Shown one piece after another: positions 11,840 through 24,630 of a stretch of DNA of 64,000 nt. Position 1 is the first letter of the stretch, and each line of letters starts with the position of its first letter. The translations under genes and the position numbers were made by a program. This DNA is from Octopus sinensis (lineage: Eukaryota), in the NCBI RefSeq assembly GCF_006345805.1, contig NC_043004.1:89094001-89158000 (forward strand), given 5' to 3'. A model generated the notes under the pieces. That model did not search any database, had not been told where the DNA came from, and saw nothing but the letters and a program-made list of their open reading frames with translations.

Positions 11840-12099
11840 AGACACACACACGCGCAGATACAAGTAAGCACACACACAAATCTTTTCCTGCTACATTTTC
11901 TCTCCGTTAACCACATCAACATCTCCAGTAGCTGACAGCATTCAAAGTTTAGGGCACCGCCCCTCATCATCTGACTAATTATTAAAAATCTCAAGAAAAC
12001 ATCTCAACAACAACGGTGCCATCCATCACATTCTCCAGACATGCAAGCTCCCTCTCCCTTTCTCCCCTCTTTCCCCCTTTATTTCTATTCATCTTTCAT

Positions 12100-12300
12100 A
12101 GTGACCACGTATTCTTCCGAAAACAAAACTGGCCTCCCAAGACCTACTTTCTCATCCTTCATCACCAACGGACGTTTCAGATATTTTAACAGCCATCATG
12201 CACAAACACATTCTAGCCAGATCCAAACCAGCTGGTCCACTTGACAAGCAACACCTCATACACCAGCACTTCACAACCATTAAATCAATCCAGTACAGAT
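12100..12300 (-). mobile_element. Highly decayed RTE 3' remnant
   Basis: Minus strand gives WFG/(H)LARM across a frameshift, then LKRPLVMKDEKVGLGRP, resembling the RTE C-terminal WxGHxxRM...GRP motif. Confidence 0.45.
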
Positions 12301-14469
12301 CGCATCTGACGACTGTCTTTTCTACGCCTACTATCATGAACTGTTCTAGGTTTGCTGGTGTTATGCCGATCCAGTTAAACGCATCCTTATGCACTCACAT
12401 CTCCCGTCATCCTACTAGTGTGTTTATACATATGTATTTTTCCCTCCCTGCATTCTCGTAATATTCCTTGTTCCCAAACTGCATCCATTTCTCGATCTCT
12501 TTCGCTGCTAATGTTTTAGTTTTAACGTCTAACCTTCAAAAGTTCAAAATAAGCATTAACCAGTAGTACTTCTCTTTGGAGTCTATTTTCCCTCCACGGG
12601 ATATAATAAAAAGCAAAATAACATCACCACAGACAACAAACGAAGGTTTGGATCGTTTTAAGCAAACCATAGTCGCCACAAGTCAATGACTGTTTTGAAT
12701 ACAAAATATAAAATAAAGCATCATTAATTATTAGAGACTTATTTAATTCTATACTGCTAGGTCTGAGAGGAAAATAGGCTAACTGATATCACATGAACAG
12801 ATGAGATGGCTTAAGTAGGATCGTATATGTGTGTGAAAAATAGAAATAAAAACTATACGAAACGGAAATCTAAAATAACTTGATCTGATACCTCATTATT
12901 CGTTGTTAGGAGAGAGAGAAAGAGAGAGCAATCTTATGTACCATTATAGTTTATGTTCAAGTAACCTTTGCTGATAGAAAGGTTTGGCAAAGAAATGATT
13001 GTGTGTAGGGCAAACGAACAGCAATAAATAGTTTGACTAGCAAAGGAAAATGTCTTGACTGGCAACAGGTAGAGAGAGAAAAAGGACGAGGAGTGAGTAG
13101 AAGTATATAAATGAAGACGGATTTCAAACAAAGCTGGCCGAAACTGTTTGTTAATGGCTCTCATAAACAAAGCCGAGGGAGTAGATCAAATAAGGGAATA
13201 AATTCTAATTCATCTAGTAGTATTGTTTGACTTTGCTATTATGGAAAATATAATTAGTGTGTATAGCAAGTGGATAACGAATGTTTTAAGTATGGCCTGG
13301 TTAGAGTCGTTAAAAGTTCAGTAAAAGCAGAGTTTTACAAGAAACCTGATTGTTGAATGAGTTGGCGGAAATGTTGGTCATATCGCCCGTCCTTGTACAA
13401 TGGTATTCAATGATAACAAGCTAAATAAATATAAACATTAAAAGGGGCCTATAGCAGCAGAAAAATGCTACAAACTAGTTCTACGGGAACAGGACTGACC
13501 TGTGGTTAAACAACAAAAGGTGTTACAGGAACCTAAATTAAATAGTTCAAACCTATGTAAACAACAACTAAAAATATCTATTTCACACAGTTTTCAGCCG
13601 ACGAGGGAGCCTCTACGAGACAGTCGCACGACCTGCAAGAAATAGTAGCCAGGTCAAAATCTACCATAAAGGATAAGATACATTTGTCATGTAGAACCGT
13701 CCTAAATGCAAAAAGAAACACGGGATGGTCAAAGGTGGATCACAAAGCTGACCTGGGGCTAAACGACAACTTTGTTTAATGTATCGATAAAAAGACTAAA
13801 CTATTGTAAAACAATATAAATTAAAGTATCTTCGATGATAGATGTGTATGCTTGTGTGTGTATGTATGTATGTGTGCCAAAATTAATAGAAAAGTTAGAA
13901 GTTTGTGCTAATCTCTTTCTCGTGTGTGAGTGTATGTGTTTGTTTTCGTTCTGCTTTCCTTTTTTCAAATTTAATTTGATTGAGGTATGTAAAGAAGGAT
14001 GTTGGAATTAATATATTCGTGCTAACATTCAAACGAACATGAATGAAATAGGAATATATATATACATATATATAGTAGTGATGCGTTAAACTAGTGAAAC
14101 ACATGCAATCGGTTTGAAATGAAACATAACACTGCATTACTATAATAAAAAAATGGGATGACATTAACTAGCCAACCAACTATTTAACGTCACCCCCGCC
14201 CCCAAGCTATATCAAAAACGACCAAAGACAGCAGTGACAGATGACGGCCACGAAACCAGGTGAGGTGGGAGTTAGTGACCAGCAAAAGCTGTTCTTGTTT
14301 GTTCAACGATGCATTTCATATCATAAAGAGGGGTGGGTGGGCATATAACAAAAATATGAACGATGTAATTTCTCTTTCGAAATAAGCTTCGATAGGTATT
14401 TCTATAACAACTTGGCGTATCCATGTCAGTGGGTGTGTAATGTGAATGTGTGTTTATTTAAATCCTGCT

Positions 14470-14501
<32 letters not shown>

Positions 14502-14629
14502 CAGGGTGTCCCCAAAAAATGTATACACATAGTAGTTCGGCAAAAGAGAACGATAGAATAAGTACTAGGCTTACAAAGAATAACAAATTTACAATTATTT
14601 AAGTTGTGTATACATTTTGGGGGGACACC

Positions 14630-14632
<3 letters not shown>
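14502..14632. mobile_element. 131-bp Tc1-type MITE in (TA)n
   Basis: Terminal inverted repeats cagggtgtccccaaaaaatgtatacaca / tgtgtatacattttggggggacaccctg, with TA on both sides. Confidence 0.85.
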
Positions 14633-14683
<51 letters not shown>

Positions 14684-15430
14684 TTAACGAGTAATCTCGA
14701 GTCATATACATAAACAAGGACAGCAACATTTTACACGAGATAAAAACTTTACACCTCAGCAAAACTGCCAACGAGAGACAGAGAGAGAAAGAGTGGAAAA
14801 GTTCGGCTTTCATAAAGAATGGTTATATCTGTCTCGAGATCTATTATAGCCTTGGATCGTTTTTACTCATTCGCTCTTTCACTACGTCTATCAGCAGTTG
14901 TAATTCAAGTTGTCAGGGTGTGGTCCCGAATATGTCCAGTTTTATTATTATCTTTTTTTATTTTATTTACACACAGGGTGCAGCCGTTGCTGTGTAGTAA
15001 GATGCTAGCTTCCAAGCCACATGTTTCCGGGTTCATTCGCACTGAGTGGCACCTTGGGCAAGTTTCTTTTATTACAGTGCAGGGCCACAGGGCCATTCAA
15101 AGCCTTTGTGAGTGGATTTGGCGACGGAAACTGAAGGAAGCCCGTCGCGTGTGTATATATATATGTGTGTCTCTTTGTGTTTGTCCCCCACCACCGCTTG
15201 ACAACTGGTGTTGGTTTGTTTACGTCCCCCATAGCAGTTCGACAAAGAGGTGCCGACAGAATAAGCTTAGAAAAAAAATAAGTACTGGGTCGATTTGTTC
15301 GACTAAACAGTTCGAGGCGGTGCCCTAGGATGTCCAGTCTAATGATTGGACCATGTAATAGATAAAACACACATACATGCACAGATACATACATACACAC
15401 ACACATACATACATATATATATAGAGAGAG

Positions 15431-15471
<41 letters not shown>

Positions 15472-15665
15472 TAGATATATATATATGCATCGCTTATACA
15501 GTCATCATATGTATACAAGAGAGAGAGACTGAGGTGGGAGACAAAAAGGCAGGCTACACCCAGCATTATTAGAAATGTCAAAAGCTTTGATTAACTCAAA
15601 GACAGAACAGTTATCACTATGGATCCTTAATAATACTTCGAATATACAAAGAAATAAAATCTTAC

Positions 15666-15745
15666 CCAGAAGTTGTCGACAAACGAAGTCATTATTGACA
15701 TTTCATCCACATTTTACAATAAAATGGCGAGCTGTTCTGCTACAG
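15666..15745 (-). other. Candidate first (probably non-coding) exon of a minus-strand gene
   Basis: Directly downstream of the motif cluster on the minus strand; ends in donor TGG|GTAAGA with the intron starting at 15665. The start position is a guess. Confidence 0.4.
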
Positions 15746-15795
15746 GCCAATGCGCATGTGCTACTGAAATCTCGCAAAACTACACGTGATTTCAC
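15715..15795. promoter_or_regulatory. Probable housekeeping-type Pol II promoter
   Basis: Within 70 bp: YY1-type AAAATGGCG (15721), CCAAT (15747), NRF1-type TGCGCATGTGC (15751), TCTCGCAAAA (15770) and E-box CACGTG (15783). The sequence is unique and CpG-retaining. Confidence 0.6.
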
Positions 15796-16039
15796 TTCAC
15801 TCTGCAATTAAGCTCGCACCTTGAAGTGGTAGATAGAGACAGACGACTGACAACTGATTTTTAATTATTTGTCAATTCTTTACGTCATTTAGGAGTTTAA
15901 TTTTTTTTTAAAACTCAGTCGTGTAAACTGTTTCATCTGCTCTACGATACCAAATCTTTGAAGGGTTTATTTTCCATCTCTAATACTAACAAAAAAAAAT
16001 AATAGTTTTATTACTATTATTATCGTTGTCATTATTCCG

Positions 16040-17010
16040 TTGAGGTCGACTTTGCTGTCGGATTCGATAAAATAAGAACCATTCAAGTACTGGGGTCGTT
16101 GTAATCGACTTCACCCTCCCCTCGAAAACTGCTGGCCCTGTGCAAAAATTTGAAATCACCATCATCATTATTTCTAGCAGTAAGGCAATGAGCTGGCAGA
16201 ATCATTAGCCCTCGGGGCGAGTTGCTTAGCGGCCTTTCTTCTGGCTTTACGTTCTGAGTTCAAATTCCACCGTGTTGACTTTACCTTTCATCATTTTGGG
16301 GTCGATAAAATAAGTACCAGCTGATGTAATCGATTAGCCCCACACCAAAAACTGCCTATAGCAAAAAAAAAAGGGATTATGATTAATTATTAAGGCAGCG
16401 AGCTTGTAGAATCGTCAGCGCGTCGAACAAAATGTTTAGTGACATATAGTCCGTTGTTGCATTCTGAGTTCTAAGTCTTTTTGTCCTTTCAGGATTGATG
16501 AAAGACATACCAGTCAAGTACTGGGTGGGGGGTCAGTGTAACCAACTAGGCCCCTCCCTCAAAATTCCATGCCTTCTACCTATAGCAGAAACATTAAGGA
16601 GGCGAGCTGGCAGAATTGTTAGCACCCCAGGTAAAATACTTTGCAACAGTTGGTCTGTATGTTCTGAGTTCAAATACTGCTGAGGTTGACTTTGCCTTTC
16701 ATCCTTTTGGGGTTGATAAAAATAAGGACTAGTTGAGTACTGGGGATCAGTGTAATCGACTTGCCCCTCCCCAAAAATTTCAGGCTTTCTGCCTGTAATA
16801 GGATTAATCATTAAGGAGACGACCTAACAGAATTGTTAGCATGCGACTATTCATACTGAGTTCAAATTCAGCTGAGGTCGACTTTGCCTTTCATCCTTCC
16901 AGGGTTGACAAAATTGGTACCAGTTGACTACTGAGGTCAATGTAAACAACTTAATTCTTTCCCTGAAATTGTTGGCCTTGTACCAAATTTTGAAACCATT
17001 ATTATTATCA
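16040..17010 (+). mobile_element. Head-to-tail cluster of five SINE B copies
   Basis: Units at about 16040, 16182, 16393, 16597 and 16815, each with the aagtacc...ggggtc..tgtaatcgact core and an (ATT)n-type tail. Confidence 0.8.
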
Positions 17011-17387
17011 TTATTTCAAACAGTCTGGATTTATTTTCAACAACCTGAATGAAGCGCATAAATAATTACTTAATATATCAATTATTCTTCTTTGTATTCA
17101 ACTGCATACATAGACTGATATTTATAATGCCCTATGGCATTTTTAGCAAACTGCAAAAACTACACTGCAATAGTTAAAAAAAATTTTTTTTTTTTTCAAT
17201 GCAATGTAAATCACAGCAATCATATGACTTTGGTGTGAATTTCTCTGGTTCTATTTAAAAAAAAAATTACGTTGTACAACTTAGATATATTTCTTTTGTT
17301 GTTTGATTATATTTGTCTTTACGCAGTGACTGGCTTTTGTTTATTTCTCTTTTTCTCTCCCCCCCTCTCTCTCTCTCTCTATATATA

Positions 17388-17438
<51 letters not shown>

Positions 17439-18304
17439 CATAGGAGTGGCTGTGTGGTAAGTAGCTTGCTTACCAACCACATGGTTCCAGGTTCAGTCCC
17501 ATGCATGGCACCTCGGGCTGACCAAGGCCTTGTGAGTGGATTTGGTAGATGGAAACTGAAAGAAGCCCATCGTATATATTTATATATGTATGTGTTTCTA
17601 TATGTTTGTGTGTCTGTGTTTGTCCCCCCAACATCACTTGACAACTGATGCTGGTTCAACTTTACCGGTTCAGCGAAAGAGACCGATAGTATAAGTACTG
17701 GGGTTGATTTGCTCCAGCATGGCCACTGTCAAATGACTGAAACAAGTAAAAGAGTAAAGAGAGATATATACAACTACTAGACAATGGCTTTCATAATTCT
17801 AAACTATTTCTGTTTCTATGAACAAAGAGAACTATATATATATATAAATGTGGCTGTGAGGTAAGAAGCTAACTTCCCAGCCACATGGTTCCAGGTTCAG
17901 TCCCACTGCATGACATCTTGGGCAAATGTCTTCTACTATAGCTTTGGGTTGATCAAAGCCTTCTGTGTGGATTTGGTAGACAGAAAATGAAAGAAGCCCA
18001 TCATATATACATATGTGTGTGTACATCTATCTATCTATCTACCTACATACATACACACACACACGATAAAAGATATCATCAGTAATTCATATATCTGAAT
18101 AAGAAGCACACTCTAAAACATTAGAACAGTAATATATTTGAGTCTAACAAGTCGCCTATACAGCTGAGCACTTTATAGGTGTGAAACCAATAGCCACTCT
18201 CATCATAGCTTCTGTAACTTTGTGCTTTTTCTGAGTAGGGATATTGGCCCAATGTAAACCCATTTTTACGTTTAGAAGGTGTCTGAGGGAGAGAGAGAGA
18301 GAGA

Positions 18305-18660
18305 GATAGTAATTTTGAGAAGGACTAAGAGAGCAATGGAGAGAGAAATGTGTGAGGTAAAGCTGTTTGATAAGAGGAGGACTGAGGATTTGATGGGAAT
18401 GCTGGAGTTGGAAGAATTGGTGGAGTGTTTGGCAAGGGCAAATGGAGTGAGGTGGTAGGGGCATGTGTTGAGAACATGTTCTGAGGAGGGTGATTGTGTT
18501 TGAGATAAATGGAGTGTGAAAGCAAGGTGGACCAAGGAAAAGGTGGAGGAGATTGGGAGGGTTGGTTTGAAAAAGAAGGACACCCAAAACCAGGTGAGAT
18601 GGTGTGAGGACAGTTACTAAGGCACAAAACTCAGATTTAAAACACTGGATGATGATGATG
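18305..18660 (+). mobile_element. RTE LINE 3' remnant (second family)
   Basis: Decayed ARANGVRW.GHVLR...PRKRW...GLKKKDT, ending taaaacactg(gat)n. A second copy lies at 51216-51512. Confidence 0.75.
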
Positions 18661-19013
18661 AAGAGGTGATCCATATCAGTCTGACCTCCATCCTTTGACA
18701 CGTCCAGCATAGAAGTCCCCAACAGGAACTTGCACTCTGCTGGCATAGCTCACAGGGTCATTGTAGTACACAAACCACCACACCACAACAAGGATTGGAT
18801 TTTGTGGGGAACATTACCAAAGTGTCACTTTTCTTTTCTTTTTTTACACCAGGCGCAGGAGTGGTTGTGTGGTAAGTAGCTTGCTTACCAACAACATGGT
18901 CTCGGGTTCAGTCCCACTGTGTGGCACCTTGGGCAAGTGTCTTCTACTATAGCCTCGGGTCGACCAAAGCCTTGTGAGTGGATTTGGTAGACAGAAACTG
19001 AAAGAAGCCTGTC

Positions 19014-19045
<32 letters not shown>

Positions 19046-21298
19046 GTGTATATGTTTGTGTCTGTTTGTCCCCCCAGCATCACTTGACAACCAATGCTGG
19101 TGTGTTTACATCCCCGTGACTTGGCAGTTCGGCAGAAGAGACCGATAGAATGAGTACTAGGCTTACAATGAATAAGCTCTGGGGGTCAATTTGCTCGACT
19201 ATAAAGGGGGAGGGGACCAGTCAATTAGATCGACCCCAGTACGCAACTGCTACTTAATTTATTGACCTTGAAAGGATGAAAGGCAAAGTTGAACTCAGGC
19301 TGTGAAGACAGACGAAATACCACTAAGCATTTCATCCAGCGTGCTAACATTTCTGCCAGCTTGCAACCTTAATGAAGCAGATTTATTGATCAAAAGAATT
19401 CCAGTCTTGACCATTTTGTCATTTAAGGACTATAATATTTGATATTAAAATATTTAATGCCTACCATTATTACCGTATAGTATCTTTATCTTCTACTTAT
19501 TTCAGTCACTGAACTGCAGCCATGCTGGGACACCACCCTGAGGGGTTTAGTTGAACAAATTGACCCTGGTACTTCATTTTAAGTCTGATACTTAGTCTAT
19601 AGATCTCTTTCGCCAAACCAATAAGTTACAGGGATGTAAACAAACCAATGCCAATTGTCAAGTGATGGTGGTATTCAGACAAACACAAAGACATACACAC
19701 ATACATATATACATACATGTAATAATATATATATATGTATGAATGTATGTATGTGTGTGTGTATTTGTATATATATATATATTTGTATGAATGTCTATGT
19801 GTGTGTGTGTTTCTCTCTCTCTCTATATATATATATATATGTATATATATAATGGGCTTCCATACAGTTTCCATCAACCAAATTCACTCAAAAGGTATTG
19901 GTCAACCCAAGGCTATAGTAGAAGACACTTGCTCAAGGCACTGTGCAATGGAACTGAACCTGAATCCACATGGCTACAAAGTAAGCTTCTTAACCGCACA
20001 GCCATGGAGTATGATTCAAGGAACTTTGGCTGCTATTTCTAGCATGTTGAACAACCTCATAGAAACTCCTTTATAGATGCTATCATAATTTGCTTTCAGA
20101 CCAACAACAAAATGATAGGCATTAAAAACATCAAAATGTCTATACTCAGACAATAACACCCTTGCATTATTTTGCTTTTTTTTTTTAATCATTAAACTAT
20201 TATTCTTTTACTGTAAAATAATTGCCATTTCTGGATTCTAGAACATTTCTTTTTTTTTAATAGACCAAACAATAGCCCATATCTGGTGTGTGAGTTTGCT
20301 AATTAGCACTTTGCTAATTACAATTATTGGAGCCTATTTATATTCTACAGCCACCAAAGATGGACAATTAAAAATCAAAACGAACATATGACTAACACTC
20401 AATGAAAGCATTTACAAAGAGTTATAACTGCTTAAAACAGAAAGGCTGCATACTTTTGAAAGGATAAAAACCCCACTTCAGTCATCAATGACCATAGAAT
20501 TGCACCTAGAAAGTGTCCCTGCGAGACACAAGTTCAAGTAGGTTTTTTTTTTAATGGAAGACCAGTAGTTGCCCATGCATACCAGCCTCCCCTCTCTGTA
20601 CCACTAATGTTATCCAATAGAATGACAAAGACCGATACAGCTTGGCACCAGTGACATTGGAAGTCACTTCTACAGCTGAGTGAACTGGAGCAACGTGAAA
20701 TAAAGTGCCTAGATCAAGAACACAAACACACAGCCTGGTGAAAGGATGAAAGGCAAAGTCAACTTCGGCAGAATTTGAACTGAGAACGTAAAGACATGAA
20801 ATACCTATTTCTTTATTACCCACAAGGGGCTAAACACAGAGGGGACAAACAAGGACAGACATAGGTATTAAGTCAATTACATCGACCCCAGTGCGTAACT
20901 GGTACTTAATTTCTCGACCCCGAAAGGATGAAAGGCAAAGTCGACCTCAGCGGAATTTGAACTCAGAACACAGCGGCGGACGAAATACCACAAAGCATTT
21001 CGCCCGGTGTGCTAACGTTTCTGCCAGCTCGCCGCTAAGCATTTTGCCTGGCATGCTAACATTTCTGCAGCTCACCTCCTTTGGCCATAAGAAAATATTA
21101 CCTTGCTTGGAAATAGGTGAGGGTTGGCAACAGGAAGGGCATCTAGCTGTACAAAAGCAGTCTCAGTTAAACCCACGCAAGCATGGAAATGTGAACATCA
21201 AAGAATAATGAGGGCAATGGCAGAGAAGAAGGAGGAGGCAACAGCAGTGGCAGTAATGGTAGAGGTGGCAGTAACAATTATGGTGTTGGTGACAACAA

Positions 21299-22233
21299 TG
21301 CAGAATATTCTGAACAGATCATCAAATATAAATGAGGAATTTGTAGATAATCTGATGCAAATTCTGACCAAAACATCGTTTGATGGAGTTCCAACTATTA
21401 TTTTAACTAGTGAAACTGTAAAATCATTATTGTCCTTTAATAAAACATCAGATGCAGATTCAATTCTTGCTAAAATATGCACCTACAATGGAGAAACATT
21501 CATTGAAAAAAGCTGACAGAACTACATTCCTTAAAAAGGTCAGCAAGTTCCATTTCCCAAGAATTCACAGATGCTAAATCATTCACCTGTATAAAAACAC
21601 AGGTGACATCAATCATATGACAATAATAGATGTATCTCTCTGATGTTAATTGCCAGAAAAATCTTGGCAAGTGCCTTGTTCAATATATTACCAATTAACA
21701 ATCTCCTGACGAAAACCTAGTGTGGCTTCCTTTATGAAACAGACACTGCTGACGTGATCTTTACAGTAAGAAGTAAACAGAGTAGAGTCAGCATATATAA
21801 TCTCTGTTTGTATAGGATCCTTGCCAAATATGGTGGTCTAACCATGTTCATGGTATGGTGTGCCAAATTTATGATGATGTGCAGGTGGCACGTAAAAAGC
21901 ACCCACTACACTCGCGGAGTGGTTGGCGTTAGGAAGGGCATCCAGCTGTAGAAACACTGCCAGATCAGACTGGAGCCTGGGGCAGCCCCTGGCTCCCCAG
22001 ACCCCGATCGAACCGTCCAACCCGTGCTAGCGCAGAAAACGGATGTTAAACGATGATGATGATGATATGCTGCTGAATGTTAAAAACAATGGAGACATTT
22101 GTACCATTTATTGTTACAAATGGTGTGTAACAGGGTTGTGTCTTATTACCTCCCCTTTTTAGTATCACGCTTTCTGGCGTGTTGTTGAAAGCCTACCAAA
22201 CACCTCTATCTGAAATTGCCATTGGGTATAGAC
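21299..22233 (+). mobile_element. Decayed RTE LINE, RT N-terminal half, split by a (GAT)n-tailed insert at 21880-22066
   Basis: P.EFTDA...HLYKN, DNNRCISL, KILA, CGF, DTADVIFTVR, ILAKYG and, after the insert, VTNGV*QGCVL.P.LF. Confidence 0.8.
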
Positions 22234-22234
22234 C

Positions 22235-22310
22235 CAGCACTGGATTAACCATTGATCAAAGTAGGCATGTGCCTAGGGCATCAAGGGAAGGGGAGCAGCA
22301 CCACAGAAAT
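22235..22310 (+). mobile_element. hAT-like DNA transposon terminus
   Basis: cagcactggattaacc...taggcatgtgcctagggc resembles hAT-type termini (CAGxGCCGGATTAA...TAGG...GCCTAGGG). No partner end was found. Confidence 0.35.
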
Positions 22311-24204
22311 GGTAAATGGCTGACAGCACAAAAGAAATCACTTTAAACTTGCTAAAATAATATTCAAAGAGTAAGATACAAGTAAAATGACAATTCATTA
22401 TCGAACACAGAGTCGCTGTTAGAACAGCAGAATATTCAAAGTGGTTTACATGATTGGAAATATAATTTCAAAGTGATCATGCTATCTCGTGTATGAAAGC
22501 AAGAATGTGACCAATGGAATAATCCTTTCTACTATAGGTACAAGGTACAATTAAAGTAATTGAACGAAACAGAGAGCATCTCAAAATAAATACAGTAACG
22601 AAAGGGTTAAATAATTGTGCGTTTGTACATCAGATGCCAAAAGAAGAGCTAACAGTTCTGGTCTAAGTGGACATCAAACGTGTAGTCTGTGGCAATACAT
22701 TTCCAACTAGAATAGGCTTTGTCAATCACAGTAGAAATATAAACAACATTTTTGCTTTGTTTTGCTTGTTTTTTGTTTTTTGTTTTTGTTTTTTTGCAAC
22801 TGCTAGATGATTGTCAGATTTGACAGATGAGCAATCTATACATATCAGCCAAAAATTGATTTTAAGGCATTCTACTAAAGTCCTAGGACAACCAACAGTG
22901 AATTCAGTAGATGGAAACTGTGTAGAAGCATATCTTGTGTGTGTGTGTGTGTGTGTGTGCGTGTGTGTGTGAGTGTGTGCACATATGTCTGTGTGTGTGT
23001 CTTCATGTTTGCGTTTGCCCCACCACTTGATAACCAGTGCTTCTTTGTTTATATAGCAGTTCAGCAAAAGAGACTGATAGAATAAGTACCATACTTAAAA
23101 CAATAAGTATTGGAGTCAATTTGTTCGACTAAACCCTTCAAGGTGATGCCCCAGTATGGCCACACTCCAATGACAGAAACAAGTAAATGATAAAACTGTT
23201 GTTTCCATCTATAATTGTTTCTGATTTTGGCACAAGGCCAGCACTTTTGAGAGGAGCGGTTAGACAAGACCCTCAACCCCACTACTTGATTTTATTGACC
23301 CTGAGGGAACGACAGACAAAGGTGACTTTTACAGGATTTGAACTCAAAATATAAAGAGCCATAACATTAACCACAAGACATTTTTTTTCTGGCAGTCTAT
23401 CAATTCTATTTGCTATCTTAGTGTTCTACAACACTTAAAAGTACTGTCTGTTTCAGCAATAAAAGATCATTGCCCTACTTTGCCCTATTTTGCCCTACCT
23501 TGCTGTTTGTGCACCCTCTTTTTCTTTACACAGCTAATGCAATATTGACTTCTGACTTCTTCTTTTATTATCTTCCTGATCCTTTCAGGGTCGATAAAAT
23601 AAGTACCAGCTGAGCACCAGGATCAGTGTAATCAACAAGTCCGCTCCCCTGAGGTTTTCGGCCTTGTGCCAAAATTATTTATTTTTTCAAACCAATTCCT
23701 TAATTTTGATCAGATTCACCTTTTAACTACCAAATGTCAAATTTATTTTGAATTTATTTAACAGATTGTAGACACATGTATGGCTATGTGGTAAGAAGCT
23801 TGCTTCCTAACCACATGGTCCTGATTTCAGTCCCAATGCATGGCACCTTGGGCAAGTGTCTTCTGTTTATATCTTATGGCCAACAAAAGCCTTGTGAGTG
23901 CATTTAGTAGTCAGAATTTGAAAGAAGCCCATCATATATCTATACTATTTCGCCATGTTGGCCCACTGAACTCGACACATTTTTTCATTCTCTCTCTACT
24001 TATTTTTATTCGTCCCCCAGGGTGTCCAACAATCACCCTCCTCACCAAGCAAGCTTGATGGAGTTGCCAGTTTAGTTGCTGGTGACCCAACCATGCAACA
24101 GGTTGTATTGGGTTACATGTTACCTGTAGTGCACAAGAGAAACCTGACCTAACTAAAACTCATCAAAGGGTGGAAGAACTACTGTGTAGTCAACTGCCAA
24201 TTCA

Positions 24205-24335
24205 ACAAGTACCTTGTCGCGGCGAAGTGCCTGTGTGCTCCTTTGATATGGAGAGCTATGCTGGAGGGAGAGAAATCTTCAGGCAGGTCTTGCCAGGCCA
24301 GACAGGTTGAAGGGTAGGAGACAGACAAAATTGTA
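24205..24335 (+). mobile_element. RTE/BovB-type 5' UTR remnant
   Basis: ccttgtcgcggcgaag...tgatatggagagctatgc...caggtc...cagacaggt...cagacaaaa follows the block order I recall for RTE 5' UTRs. Confidence 0.45.
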
Positions 24336-24594
24336 ACAGCAATAAAATGAAGCATTGACAACTGGGTGTGGATTTAGTTATTGGCAGATCAGATTCCTGG
24401 CTTTGAACTAGTAGGATGTCATGCAAAGGATCTTGAATACAAGACAATGGATGAGACCGTAATATTCCTAGTTAGATGGAAACTGTGGGACCACATGGAG
24501 CAGTGTCCTGTGACTCCTATAGTATTCGCAACCAAATCCCCTATGGGGTGTCCTATGAGACGACCTAGATGAAGATCTATTTATTTCCTCATTC

Positions 24595-24630
24595 CTTTCT
24601 GTCAAAGAGTGTAGGTTTGAAATGTAAAAG
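24595..24630 (+). ncRNA. Degenerate minimal hammerhead-like motif (CUGU-core family)
   Basis: cttt-CTGTCAA-a-gagt-gtag-gttt-GAAA-tg-TA-aaag. This is a CpG-decayed version of the motif at 39655-39690 and shares its downstream flank. Confidence 0.45.

Noticed and set aside
14700-14940. Possible minus-strand exon ending GAG|GTGTAA near 14755
   Set aside because: Weak donor, no clear acceptor or reading frame; retained only as part of the CpG-rich domain.
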